From the NCBI GenBank assembly GCA_000146045.2, contig BK006941.2, positions 896,001 to 960,000 on the forward strand: a DNA stretch of 64,000 nucleotides, read 5' to 3'. This document shows positions 43,458 to 54,899 of the stretch, piece by piece. This DNA is from TPA_inf: Saccharomyces (taxonomy: Eukaryota). A program made the translations under genes and the position numbers. Position 1 is the stretch's first letter. Every line of letters begins with the position of its first letter. A model generated the notes under the pieces. The model worked only from the letters and a program-made list of their open reading frames with translations, ran no database searches and was not told where the DNA came from.

Positions 43458-43672
43458 AACGCCCTCCTTACTCATTGAGAAAAAGGGCAGAAAAGTTCCA
43501 AAAAATATGGCAAGCCCACAGTAACGGACAGCTTTACCTGTTTCTATGGAGACAACACCCGGATGGTTCTGGTAAAAGGCAAGAACCATGTTCGTTATAA
43601 GTTCTATAGGCAATAAAAGGCCCACAGTTCTTGATGTTGACCTCCCTCCGCCATTGATCTGTAAAGCTGCTT
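43458..43672 (-). ncRNA. SNR7: U5 spliceosomal snRNA (long form about 214 nt; the short form shares the 5' end).
   Basis: The reverse complement from 43672 reads AAGCAGCTTTACAGATCAATGGCGGAGGGAGGTCAACATCAAGAACTGTGGGCCTTTTATTGCCTATAGAACTTATAACGAACATGGTTCTTGCCTTTTACCAGAACCATCCGGGTGTTGTCTCC...CATATTTTTTGGAACTTTTCTGCCC. It includes the invariant U5 loop 1 (GCCUUUUAC) and the Sm site (AUUUUUUGG). Confidence 0.9.
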
Positions 43673-43922
43673 GCAGGTTTTAAAACAAAAAGAAAGAAAA
43701 GTATTTTAAAATATATAGGAGGAAAGAAACATTTAACAAAAAGTCTTACTATGCGCTTTTTATACTGAGCACTCCGTTTCTACAAAATTTTCAATTTTTT
43801 TTTTCATATTCGTTAATCGTGATGAGAATACTAACACCACGAACTCAAATAGGAAGTTAACAATTTAGGGTAGGAGTGCCAGACTCTACCCATTATCCCT
43901 TTGTCATCGATGTAAAGCAGAT

Positions 43923-44804
43923 ATGAAGGCTTCTAGTAAAGCTATTAAATTAGTACTGGACCATCTGAAGTCCACGGGAAGAGTTCTTGGCTCCGTAGAG
44001 TCAGGAAATTCAGCAACAATAAGTGAGAAAACGGCATCTGTTAATAAGCAGCAGCAGTTGCAGGAAAAGAAACCTTCTGTCCTACAATATAGAAGCTACA
44101 ATCCATATTTAGTTAAGGAGGATTTCCTGTCAATTCTGCCAGAAAATTTGTATAAAAAGAGGGGACAATTTACAAATGAGCTTGACTTTCAGTTGATGAA
44201 AGTCAGGGACCCTAAATACTTCCAGTTCAAGGATCAGTATTACTTGTTTTTTAATGATTATAACTCGCTTACTGAGTATATCAAATTAACAAAACACTCG
44301 CGAATAAACAAGATCAGGGTGAAAATGACGCCATTGGCGCAACCCTTGCCAACCCTGTTAACAAAATTACAAAGATATTCAAAAAATCTATATAACGCAT
44401 TCCGATCATCTGAGCAATATTTTGAGGGACTAAACGAAAAAGTCGATGTTAGTGGAGAGTTCACTACCAATCAGTTACGGAGTATCCTTGATTCGGTGGA
44501 AGAAATAGAAAATAAGTCCGTATTAGTCTGGAATATACCCACTAAATTACGGTCGCACGATATATTGAATTATTTTTGGTTTTACAACATAAGGTCTAGC
44601 TTCAAGATATACTGGGATGATGAAATGAAAAGAAATCTACGATTTATATCTTTCGAAAACTCGCATGACGCCTACCGCTTTAAAAGAAACTATCATGGAT
44701 TATTGGCTAAAGAGCTATTGACCCTGTCAGAAAAGGGAGATGCAGCTGACTATTCGCTCGAAATGGACGATTCCAAAATATTAATTGAACATCTTAGTGA
44801 ATGA
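43923..44804 (+). CDS. PET54: Mitochondrial COX3 translational activator and aI5-beta splicing factor, 293 aa (YGR222W).
   Basis: A 293-aa ORF with an RRM-like central region, and sequence and position match PET54. Confidence 0.8.
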   Translation: MKASSKAIKLVLDHLKSTGRVLGSVESGNSATISEKTASVNKQQQLQEKKPSVLQYRSYNPYLVKEDFLSILPENLYKKRGQFTNELDFQLMKVRDPKYFQFKDQYYLFFNDYNSLTEYIKLTKHSRINKIRVKMTPLAQPLPTLLTKLQRYSKNLYNAFRSSEQYFEGLNEKVDVSGEFTTNQLRSILDSVEEIENKSVLVWNIPTKLRSHDILNYFWFYNIRSSFKIYWDDEMKRNLRFISFENSHDAYRFKRNYHGLLAKELLTLSEKGDAADYSLEMDDSKILIEHLSE

Positions 44805-44868
44805 ATAACTTGAATCTTGTACGTAAATGCACACTTTCTCTATACATATATATATATTTATATTCATG

Positions 44869-46215
44869 TTAAAGCTCTCTCCATGATTCTCTCACCAACT
44901 CCCATCTGGTGGGCTCACCCGCTGATTTCGTATCTTCGTTCCTCAAGCTTTCATTCAATGAATAATGCGTTTTCGATGAATCTTGTTGTTCCTTCTCCAA
45001 AATAACAAATTTCTCCCATATCCCAGAATTTTGCCACACCAGAACCAACGAATCGTCTTGTTCTCTATTATTAGAGTCTTGACACCAGCCAATTCTACAT
45101 CTGTCTTTATAGAACTCGTTATCGTGAGTTACATCACCACTGTTGTCATTTCTGTGAGCGTCAAAGATTGGGTTCTTTAAGTGAGCATTGCATATCGACC
45201 ACACAGAGTCCAAATACTTGGGCCTCCATAGGCCCTTCGGTATATAATTTTTCAAGGGATGGCTCGAACCATTGGCACGAGAGTGGTCTGGTGTATTCGT
45301 TTCTGTATTGGTTGTTTCAAAAATTTGGAAAATATGCAATGTTTGCTTATTTGACAATACGGCCAACTTACTACCATTGGGGCTGAAACTCATCTCGTAA
45401 ATATCCGCCTTGTCCACCCCTCTTCTAAATTCTTTGATTAAAGTACCGTTATGCGTACTGAAGATTCTTATAAGTGTACCCTGGACGGAACATGTTGCTA
45501 CCATGGTGCCTTGACGGTTCAGTCTAACCAGTTTGATGGGATTTTTATGTGCTTTAATGATGGAAGTGGGCAAAAGCGCTGATTCCTTCGGGTTTTGTGA
45601 ATTATATTTTATTTGTGATAGGTCGGCTACTTGAATTTGGCCTACGCATTTATTCGATGGGAATGCAATGATTTCTAAGATTTTAGACTGTGACTGCGAT
45701 GCTTGCGACTGGAGATGTTTGCTGCTACAAACGACATAGTCCACTGATCCATTGGGAGGGATATCCAAAATAGGACAAATTCTTTGAGGATTGGTTTGAA
45801 ATTGGAAGATCTCTATTGTGTTCTCCAGGACTACCACAATATGAATCCTAGATAAAAACACGTCTTTAATGGAAGACATAAACTTCAAAGTAATCGTTTC
45901 CTTTTGCAAAAGATCATCCCAGATGATCAGTTTATTTAGAGCATGCCTTGGTCGTTTACCACCTCCGACTAGTGCGATGTAATTCGTACGATAAAGCATC
46001 CTGGTATAGCCAATCCCAGTGCCCCTGGATTGGTTGGTCGCAGACTCTTTAAATGTTTTCGATAGCTTACTAGTCAATGGATCTGTATTGAAAATACGAA
46101 ATCCATTCTCTAACGCCACGCTGAAACACGAATCATCTTGGTTAAACGAAACGCTCAAAAATTTTGGTTTCCTCCTGTTGTTGACTGCCTCCCTTATAGG
46201 TCGACGAACATCCAT
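44869..46215 (-). CDS. HSV2: PROPPIN (WD40 beta-propeller phosphoinositide-binding protein), 448 aa (YGR223C).
   Basis: A WD40 propeller with the FRRG phosphoinositide-binding motif (LIKEFRRGVD). Length matches HSV2. Confidence 0.85.
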   Translation of the reverse strand: MDVRRPIREAVNNRRKPKFLSVSFNQDDSCFSVALENGFRIFNTDPLTSKLSKTFKESATNQSRGTGIGYTRMLYRTNYIALVGGGKRPRHALNKLIIWDDLLQKETITLKFMSSIKDVFLSRIHIVVVLENTIEIFQFQTNPQRICPILDIPPNGSVDYVVCSSKHLQSQASQSQSKILEIIAFPSNKCVGQIQVADLSQIKYNSQNPKESALLPTSIIKAHKNPIKLVRLNRQGTMVATCSVQGTLIRIFSTHNGTLIKEFRRGVDKADIYEMSFSPNGSKLAVLSNKQTLHIFQIFETTNTETNTPDHSRANGSSHPLKNYIPKGLWRPKYLDSVWSICNAHLKNPIFDAHRNDNSGDVTHDNEFYKDRCRIGWCQDSNNREQDDSLVLVWQNSGIWEKFVILEKEQQDSSKTHYSLNESLRNEDTKSAGEPTRWELVRESWREL

Positions 46216-46805
46216 CTGCTAGTTATGTATGCTTATAGTTGTCCTCTAATAATCGCTGCCTTTCCAGATCTTCTGGTTTCTCTTCCCTTTAACAATAGCC
46301 CCCGCAGTACGTATTACTAAGGTAAATAAATATAACCGGCTTTACAAGCCAGAAAGCCGTGATCACGTGATTATCAATTTCTTTATTTCATTTCGCTCAG
46401 ATACTGCCAAAAGCCCCTGATCTTGAACACAAAGGTAAACAACGTTAATATGAACCTGGCTATCATCATTAGGATAGGCTCATTTTCTCTTTTTAACTCA
46501 GGCCCCTTTCTTGCACTGTTACCATAGGATCTTACCAATTTGCATTATTTCCGCCAACTAGCGGATATCCGCTGTATTTCCGCGCTTCTATATGCTATGG
46601 CTGGAAATACAATAAAAAGTGTCAAGCAGAACCACTACATTAATTTAAAGAAAAATGTCTTATATCAAAGAATCGGCACTGTATCAATTGATTATATATA
46701 ATGCTAGAGTTTCCGTACCCTCTTGCAACGTCCTTTAAATCTTGTATCTTTTCTTCTACAATTGTAGTAACACCACGTCTACATTAGTATCTAAATTGCA
46801 GCCCA

Positions 46806-48647
46806 ATGAAAGGCGAACCTAAGACTTACAGCATGAGCGACCTCTCATACTACGGTGAGAAAGCACAACAACAGAACGAGAAACAGCAAAAACAATATGT
46901 TGTGAGACGAAATTCTACGCAGTCAACATCAAAACAAAACGTGAGCGTGGTGCTCGAGGACAACGCCAGCGAAAGTAATGAACTACCTAAAGGGTTTATC
47001 TTGTACGCATCTTTGATAGCATTGGCTTTGTCGCTGTTTCTGGCAGCCTTGGATATCATGATAGTTTCTACAATCATTGAAGAAGTAGCTAAACAGTTTG
47101 GATCGTACTCTGAGATCGGGTGGTTATTTACCGGGTATAGCTTACCAAACGCTCTGTTGGCGTTGATATGGGGAAGAATTGCCACACCTATCGGATTCAA
47201 GGAGACCATGCTATTTGCTATTGTCATTTTTGAAATCGGGTCGCTGATCTCTGCTTTAGCAAATTCAATGAGTATGCTCATTGGTGGTAGAGTTATTGCT
47301 GGAGTCGGCGGTTGTGGTATTCAAAGTTTATCGTTCGTCATTGGTTCAACCCTGGTAGAGGAGTCGCAGAGAGGCATACTAATTGCTGTTTTGAGTTGTT
47401 CGTTTGCTATTGCATCTGTTGTTGGGCCTTTCCTTGGAGGAGTTTTCACCTCCAGCGTCACATGGAGATGGTGCTTCTATGTTAATTTACCGATCGGTGG
47501 CCTAGCATTTTTCTTATTCCTGTTCTTTTATAACCCAGGTTTAAGTACATTTCAAGAGACAATGGATAACATCCGCAAATTTCCATCACAGTTTATCGAA
47601 ATTGTTCGGAATGTAGCATATCATTTATTGAAAATCAAAGGGTTTAGCAAACTTAATGGGTGGAGAAAGCCGTTCATGGAATTGATTTTCATGTATGATA
47701 TTATCGAGTTTGTGTTTTGTTCAGCTGGATTCACATGTATTCTATTGGCTTTCACATTTGGCGGTAACCGGTATGCTTGGAACTCTGCATCCATCATTAT
47801 TCTTTTCATCATCGGTATAGTCCTGGTAGTGTTAGCAGGTATCTATGATTTCCTTGTCTTCCCCAAATTTAATATAGTGAAAGCAACACCACATTACCAA
47901 CCATTAATGTCATGGACAAATATCAAGAAACCAGGTATTTTCACGGTTAATATAGCCTTGTTTCTCACTTGTGCAGGATATATCAGTCAGTTTACGTATA
48001 TTGTGCAATACTTCCAATTAATTTACAATGATTCCGCCTGGAGAGCCGCTGTACACCTGGTTGCTTGCATTATTTCTACAGTCGTTACAGCAATACTTTG
48101 CGGTGCTATCACCGACAAAACCCGCCAAATCAAACCGATTATTGTTATTTCAAGCATTTTTGGTGTTGTTGGTGCGGGTATATTAACCCTATTGAACAAT
48201 AATGCCAATAACTCTGCTCACATCGGCCTTTTGATATTACCTGGCGTTGCTTTCGGTGGTTTGGCACAAAGTTCCATGCTCGCTTCTCAAATTCAGTTAG
48301 ACAAGAAGAGCCCAACTTTTCGATCAGATTTTGTCTCTATTACCACTTTTAACACATTTTGCAAAAATCTAGGTCAAGCACTGGGAGGTGTCATCTCTAA
48401 CACTGTTTTCAGTGCTGCTGCTATCAAGAAATTAACCAAGGCTAATATTCAGCTCCCAGATGGTACCACGGTAGACAATCTGGTAATCTATAGGCAGACC
48501 AATTTCGATGGCTCTCATTCCAAATTGGGCAATATAATTTCTGAATCTCTCACTGACGTCTTTTACATGGCATTAGGATTTTATGCATTATCTCTCATTT
48601 TTGCTGTTTTTGCTTCAAATAAGAAAGTCACAGCAAGCCTGAGATAA
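46806..48647 (+). CDS. AZR1: MFS (DHA2-type, 14-TM) azole-resistance transporter, 613 aa (YGR224W).
   Basis: Multi-TM major-facilitator signature (…GRIATPIGFKETMLFA…GGRVIAGVGGCGIQS…). Length matches AZR1. Confidence 0.8.
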   Translation: MKGEPKTYSMSDLSYYGEKAQQQNEKQQKQYVVRRNSTQSTSKQNVSVVLEDNASESNELPKGFILYASLIALALSLFLAALDIMIVSTIIEEVAKQFGSYSEIGWLFTGYSLPNALLALIWGRIATPIGFKETMLFAIVIFEIGSLISALANSMSMLIGGRVIAGVGGCGIQSLSFVIGSTLVEESQRGILIAVLSCSFAIASVVGPFLGGVFTSSVTWRWCFYVNLPIGGLAFFLFLFFYNPGLSTFQETMDNIRKFPSQFIEIVRNVAYHLLKIKGFSKLNGWRKPFMELIFMYDIIEFVFCSAGFTCILLAFTFGGNRYAWNSASIIILFIIGIVLVVLAGIYDFLVFPKFNIVKATPHYQPLMSWTNIKKPGIFTVNIALFLTCAGYISQFTYIVQYFQLIYNDSAWRAAVHLVACIISTVVTAILCGAITDKTRQIKPIIVISSIFGVVGAGILTLLNNNANNSAHIGLLILPGVAFGGLAQSSMLASQIQLDKKSPTFRSDFVSITTFNTFCKNLGQALGGVISNTVFSAAAIKKLTKANIQLPDGTTVDNLVIYRQTNFDGSHSKLGNIISESLTDVFYMALGFYALSLIFAVFASNKKVTASLR

Positions 48648-49144
48648 GTTAAGCACGATTTAGAAGGTGGCGAGCCTCAAAGTGTAAAGCTGCAGAAAAA
48701 ATAAACATGACTTTTAGTAATTGGCTGTTTAGCTTGCTGAATTGTGTACCACAACTAACGATAACAGTAAGAGGGTAATCCGAGACAGTATGAGTACAGC
48801 TATTAAATAGTTAATTTAGATTTTTATACTGGTATGATAAACGACGTTCATATAGCAAGAGCGTCAATGCCTCTATGTCACCTTCAATAGAAGTTTCCCT
48901 TTTTATTTCGACTTTTGTTTTTGTATTTTTCGGCGTCTGCCTTGTTCCATTTTTAAGGCGCCAAAAATAAAATAAAATGATGAACGATTAGTACTCAAAG
49001 AACACTTTAATCCTTGGAAACAAAAAAATAAAAAATCAAAAGTTGAAGGAAGGTCAAATTTTCTTCCTCCAACGATAATAATACTTGCTTATATAACTCT
49101 TTTAAAGTTTTACAAAACTTTGGATCAGAAAAAAAGAAAAAAAT

Positions 49145-51019
49145 ATGGCTACTCCCCATTTATATCACAGATATAACTCCAAAAGCTCTAACAAAAATAT
49201 CAATTCGAGCGGAAATTCTACAGAGGTTGACCGTTTCATTCCAAAATCAGTTTCGAGAAATGCTTATAAGTCTATTCCAATGTTAAATGGGTTTGACATA
49301 AGTTACTCAGAACTTTGCGAGAAATCTCCTTCACCTGAGCGGCTATCATCCCCTGAATTCTTTAACGAACTGCGAAACACCGGGCATTACGAATCAATCA
49401 GTACAACAAATGAGTTTTCCATGTCAAGTATCTCTAGCTCTTCTGAGAGTCAAGTTACCAGAAGTGGAAGTGCAAGAGCTTCAAGAAACGATTATTCAAA
49501 ATTAACTAAAGAGCAAAAGGACCATAGAAAGAATATTGCACATTCTCTTGGTTTTCAATTGCCCGACCGTGTCTTTACGTTTGAGACCACAAGTGCTGAA
49601 ATTCTGGAAAAGAATAAAGCCATCAAAAATTGCTTTGGACCAGGAAGTTGCGCCGAAATAAGATCAACCTTTGACTTTAGTACACTCTCGCCCGATGTTG
49701 CCCGTTATTATATCGCTAATTCTAACGCAAGATCAGCTTCCCCACAAAGACAAATCCAAAGACCTGCTAAACGAGTAAAGTCACATATTCCATACCGTGT
49801 ATTGGATGCACCTTGCCTGAGAAATGATTTTTATTCGAACTTAATTTCTTGGTCAAGAACCACAAACAACGTTTTGGTGGGACTGGGTTGCTCCGTATAC
49901 ATCTGGTCTGAGAAAGAAGGAGCGGTATCTATATTGGACCATCAATACTTAAGTGAAAAGAGGGATTTAGTGACATGCGTCTCATTCTGTCCTTACAATA
50001 CTTATTTTATTGTTGGTACAAAATTTGGCCGTATTCTTCTTTATGATCAAAAAGAATTTTTTCATTCCAGCAACACAAACGAAAAGGAACCAGTATTTGT
50101 TTTCCAAACTGAATCCTTCAAAGGAATATGTTGCCTAGAATGGTTCAAACCAGGTGAAATTTGCAAATTTTATGTTGGAGAGGAAAATGGCAATGTGAGC
50201 CTCTTTGAAATAAAGAGTTTGCATTTCCCCATAAAAAACTGGAGTAAAAGACAAAAACTCGAAGATGAAAATTTAATAGGATTGAAACTTCATTCCACTT
50301 ATCAAGCTCAGGCACAGCAAGTCTGTGGTACGTTATTAAGAGCTTATGCTTTCACATACCCTTTTCTGGTATAGCGCTTATTTTTTCATTATGAAAAATA
50401 CTAACAAATATTTTCTACAGGTATTTCTCTGAATGAACATGCAAACCTGCTTGCAGTCGGCGGCAATGATAATTCTTGTAGCTTATGGGATATTTCCGAC
50501 TTGGATAAACCTATTAAAAAGTTTGTTCTTCCACATAAAGCGGCTGTGAAGGCCATTGCCTTTTGTCCTTGGTCGAAGTCTTTGTTGGCTACGGGTGGTG
50601 GAAGCAAAGACAGATGTATTAAGTTTTGGCATACATCGACAGGCACATTGTTGGATGAGATTTGCACCTCGGGACAGGTGACGTCTTTGATATGGTCGTT
50701 GAGACATAAACAGATTGTTGCTACTTTTGGATTCGGTGATACCAAGAATCCTGTATTAATAACACTATACTCATATCCAAAATTATCAAAACTACTCGAA
50801 GTTAGGTCGCCCAACCCTTTGCGTGTACTGAGCGCAGTAATCTCTCCAAGTTCCATGGCAATTTGCGTTGCCACTAACGATGAAACGATAAGATTTTATG
50901 AACTGTGGAACGATAAGGAGGAAATAATTAATGAAATTCAAGAGAGTGGGATTTATGGATCTAATATTATAGAATATATGGAGGGTATCGAAACAACACA
51001 TAACAAAAGAATAAGGTAA
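49145..51019 (+). CDS. AMA1: Meiosis-specific APC/C activator (Cdc20/Fizzy family), spliced. Exon 1 is 49145..50327, the intron is 50328..50420 (93 nt), and exon 2 is 50421..51019, giving 593 aa (YGR225W).
   Basis: Exon 1 ends ...AQAQQVCG and exon 2 continues ISLNEHANLLAVGGNDNSCSLWDISDLDKP... (WD40 repeats). The intron has a GTACGT 5' splice site at 50328, TACTAAC at 50399-50405 and CAG at 50418-50420. Exon 1 is 1183 nt, so it ends with the first base of a Gly codon, and the frame is restored only by splicing. The ORF track shows the two exons as separate 409-aa and 172-aa ORFs. Confidence 0.88.
50328..50420 (+). other. AMA1: AMA1 intron (93 nt) with a non-consensus GUACGU 5' splice site and a Mer1 enhancer element.
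   Basis: The 5' splice site is GUACGU at 50328-50333. The Mer1 intronic enhancer match ATACCCTT (AYACCCUY) is at 50356-50363. The branchpoint UACUAAC is at 50399-50405, and the 3' splice site CAG is at 50418-50420. Confidence 0.85.
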
Positions 51020-51419
51020 TATAAAAAAAGGATATTCATTGCACGCACAAACCAAATACTTCAAATAGCAAACTAACAGTAAGAATATATAAAACTATAC
51101 ATACGTATACATAAAAAAATAATAGGGAAAAAAAAAGGAAACCATATGAGTTTGAATGAGGCGACGTGCCATATTAAACAATTATATTTTAACACTTCCG
51201 CACTGCACCTATTTAGTTGGCTGATTTGTGACGTTTTTAATTCCGATCGGCCTGAAACAGCGAAGGGTCCTGGAAAATTAAGATAATAAAACGAAATGAA
51301 ACCCAGCAACGTTAGATGATGCTCAAAAAAATATAGAGACAGAGAAAAACCAGAATACAAAGAGCTGTTTAAGTGGTCAATATCCCAGGTACACCGAGCC
51401 CAGTCACATCGAACTTATA

Positions 51420-52997
51420 ATGGATGCAAAGAAAAATACTGGTGAAGCCAATAATGATGTATTGGAAGAGGAAGCAGCGATTCAGTTGATTGCACCAGGT
51501 ATAGCGAGAAACTTAACACAAGAAGTCATTACCGGTATCTTCTGTAATGTAGTAATATATCCTCTTCTTCTAATATATTTTGTCTTAACTTTCCGTTACA
51601 TGACTACAAATATTGTACCTTATGAATTTATAGATGAAAAGTTTCACGTTGGCCAAACTTTGACCTATTTAAAAGGTAAATGGACTCAATGGGACCCTAA
51701 AATAACAACCCCCCCTGGAATCTATATTTTGGGTTTAATTAATTATTATTGTATAAAGCCCATATTCAAGTCGTGGAGCACACTAACCATACTAAGATTA
51801 GTTAATTTACTTGGAGGGATTATCGTTTTCCCCATTTTAGTACTCAGGCCAATATTCCTTTTTAATGCCTTAGGTTTTTGGCCCGTTTCATTAATGAGCT
51901 TCCCATTGATGACAACTTATTATTACTTATTTTACACCGATGTGTGGTCTACAATTCTGATATTGCAATCACTCAGCTGCGTGTTAACATTACCGTTTGG
52001 CCCCGTGAAGAGTATATGGTTGAGTGCTTTTTTTGCTGGTGTAAGCTGTCTCTTCAGACAAACGAATATCATTTGGACGGGATTTATAATGATTCTTGCT
52101 GTTGAACGCCCAGCCATTTTACAAAAACAGTTCAACACGCATACGTTCAATAACTATTTGAAATTATTCATTCATGCTATTGACGATTTCTCCAACCTTG
52201 TTCTGCCCTATATGATAAATTTTGTTTTGTTCTTCATTTATCTGATTTGGAACAGATCCATAACACTAGGTGATAAGTCCAGCCACTCAGCAGGCCTGCA
52301 TATAGTACAAATATTCTATTGTTTCACATTCATCACCGTTTTCAGTTTACCTATATGGATATCTCGTAATTTTATGAAGTTGTACAAATTAAGAATAAAA
52401 CGGAAGCCAGTACAAACTTTTTTTGAATTTATTGGTATTATGCTAATCATAAGATACTTTACAAAAGTTCACCCATTTTTGTTAGCAGATAATAGACACT
52501 ACACGTTCTACCTCTTCAGAAGATTGATAGGCAACAAAAGTAGACTAATCAAGTACTTTTTTATGACACCAATCTATCATTTCTCCACTTTCGCATACCT
52601 TGAAGTGATGAGACCCAACCAGCTCACCTTTCACCCCATCACTCCACTCCCCATCAAAGAACCTGTACATTTACCCATACAACTGACACATGTATCGTGG
52701 ACGGCCTTAATAACGTGCACCATGGTAACTATCGTTCCATCACCCTTATTCGAACCTCGTTACTATATATTGCCCTATTTCTTTTGGAGAATATTTATTA
52801 CCTGCAGCTGCGAACCTTTGATAAAGGATTTAAAACCTGCTAAAGAAGGCGAAAACCCAATTACCATAAGCAGTACGAAAAGACTGTTCATGGAATTTTT
52901 ATGGTTCATGCTCTTCAATGTCGTTACTTTAGTTATCTTTTCCAAGGTCTCATTTCCTTGGACCACTGAGCCCTATTTGCAAAGAATAATATGGTGA
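51420..52997 (+). CDS. DIE2: Dolichyl-P-Glc:Glc2Man9GlcNAc2-PP-Dol alpha-1,2-glucosyltransferase (ALG10), 525 aa (YGR227W).
   Basis: A multi-TM ER glycosyltransferase whose sequence and length match DIE2/ALG10. Confidence 0.85.
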
Positions 52998-53251
52998 ACA
53001 GAATTGATTATAGTTGCAAAAAGACGTTCTATAAATGTTTACTAGTAGTATTTATTTTCTTTTTTTATTTCCATCTTTTAGTGGCCAACCGTTTTGTATA
53101 TATTGATTTTTCTTCGTAGTGGCCTCAAACCGTTTGAGCCACTTAATGGCAAATGATAGCGAACTTTCTCCTGCTTTTAGGAATACTCTTATAGACATAA
53201 TGCATTGATTTCCACGAACGTTCATGGTTGGTAAACGTAAGGGAATTGTGC

Positions 53252-53274
53252 TATATATATATATATATATATAT
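53252..53274. repeat. (TA)n dinucleotide microsatellite in the DIE2-SMI1 3' intergenic region.
   Basis: TATATATATATATATATATATAT is read directly from the sequence. Confidence 0.9.
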
Positions 53275-53381
53275 GATAATATTGTATAAATTTCTTAAGG
53301 TTGAAACCTACCTAGAACAGTTTAATAGAAATAAATATTGTCCAAATTTCTTTTTGGTTGTAGAATGTTAATTGTGATATT

Positions 53382-54899
53382 TCATAAAGCTATATTTTCA
53401 AATTCTTCTCTCGCTTCTTCCACTTTAGCATCATCACTTCTTATTTCATTTTCTTCCTTTTTGTTCATTTCTTCTGTTTGCTTATTTACATCATCGTCTT
53501 TTTTTGCTGATTCTGTGACATGTTCGTTTTCAACGTGTTCTTTTTCTTCAACCTTTGGTTGCTTTTCGTCTTCTTTCCTCTCGCTTTCTTGTTTAATGTC
53601 TACATTATCAGCTTTGATTTCATGCTCTGCTTGTCCAAGGCTTTCTGTATTTACAGTTGTAGTCTCCGCTTCGCTAGGTTCTGTTTTCACAATTTTGACA
53701 GATTCGTGATCTTGAACAGATTGTACATCTGCACTACCACTATCTTCGCCCTTTATGGATTCTGCGTTGAGGGTAGAAGGCTGTTCAGCTGCCACTTTCT
53801 TTTGCGAGGCAGGCACGTATTTCTGCTCCTGCAAGGATGTGTCAGGTTGAGATTTTTGCTGTTGTGATCTCAAGTTTTCTTGATACTTGATCCACGTTCT
53901 TCTTTTTAAAACTTCGAAATAATCTTGTATAGGACCATTAGATTTCTTATCCCTGAAGACCAATTCACCATCACCGCTAAAGTAGTCGTCATTGTCATCT
54001 ACTAAATACCAATTACCAGCTTCCAAATCGTTGGCAAACGATAACAGAAATTCACCCCAATTTTCAGCAATGACAAATTTCGTATCGAAGTCCCTCCCAA
54101 ATGTTATAATTTGAGCATATTTACCATTTGGACCAGGCGCCAAGTCAACACCGATATGGTTACCGGCATTGTCCGTTATTAAAGGAATCCAAGCAGGATG
54201 TGCATATACCGGTTGCACTGCATTTGGAGGAATAGATTTTTGATCTGGGATATTTGGCAGTTTGAACTTGTTACCATTTAGTCTTTCCATAGATGAAGAA
54301 GAGCCAGTAGATGTAACATGGGATAAACCTTGTTGAGATCTTTTGTTTAGGTTCTTTGCGACGTTTCTCCAGGCCTGAGTCATAGCTACAACCTGATCTA
54401 GTGTCATTAGTTGGAAGCCATAAAACAAGCCAGAAGTACCGGTCATCGATTCTAAATCTTCTTGGCCATCATGAATTTTGAAAGACGCTTTTACTGGGTT
54501 GGGAAAGCTAACTTCCAAGTCTTCCTCTGCGTGAGTGATATCGTTTTGGGTGCAAGGATCACTCAAAGTTGCATTTAAATCTGGATTATGTTCACTGGTC
54601 CAAAAATCGATGTGTCTCCAAGCTAAGAGGGTTTCAGAGACACCATCGTTTGACTCCGTGGACGTAAATTCATCAATATTTATGTCTTCATTAGATGGCA
54701 CGCCATTTTGAAATCCCATGCTCATTTCCTCATCTACACTATTCAAATGCATTTGAGAGGGATTTACCTGACCATTGTTGCTGTTTAAACGTTTACCCAT
54801 GTTAAAAGTAGGCGTTTCATCGGGGTTATACTCTGCATAATGGTCGTCAGTGCTGAGGGAGTATACCCATTCTTTAACTTTTCTTTTGAATAGATCCAT
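53382..54899 (-). CDS. SMI1: Cell-wall integrity / glucan synthesis regulator Smi1/Knr4, 505 aa (YGR229C).
   Basis: A globular Knr4/Smi1 core followed by a long acidic, Lys/Glu-rich disordered C-terminal tail. Length matches. Confidence 0.88.
   Translation of the reverse strand: MDLFKRKVKEWVYSLSTDDHYAEYNPDETPTFNMGKRLNSNNGQVNPSQMHLNSVDEEMSMGFQNGVPSNEDINIDEFTSTESNDGVSETLLAWRHIDFWTSEHNPDLNATLSDPCTQNDITHAEEDLEVSFPNPVKASFKIHDGQEDLESMTGTSGLFYGFQLMTLDQVVAMTQAWRNVAKNLNKRSQQGLSHVTSTGSSSSMERLNGNKFKLPNIPDQKSIPPNAVQPVYAHPAWIPLITDNAGNHIGVDLAPGPNGKYAQIITFGRDFDTKFVIAENWGEFLLSFANDLEAGNWYLVDDNDDYFSGDGELVFRDKKSNGPIQDYFEVLKRRTWIKYQENLRSQQQKSQPDTSLQEQKYVPASQKKVAAEQPSTLNAESIKGEDSGSADVQSVQDHESVKIVKTEPSEAETTTVNTESLGQAEHEIKADNVDIKQESERKEDEKQPKVEEKEHVENEHVTESAKKDDDVNKQTEEMNKKEENEIRSDDAKVEEAREEFENIAL

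Noticed and set aside
43425-43625. 66-aa minus-strand ORF MGLLLPIELITNMVLAFYQNHPGVV...
   Set aside because: It lies entirely within the U5 snRNA (SNR7) sequence and is an artefact of translating a structural RNA.
51073-51360. 95-aa minus-strand ORF between AMA1 and DIE2.
   Set aside because: It lies in the AMA1 3' UTR and DIE2 promoter, has a hydrophobic low-complexity product, and is unsupported.
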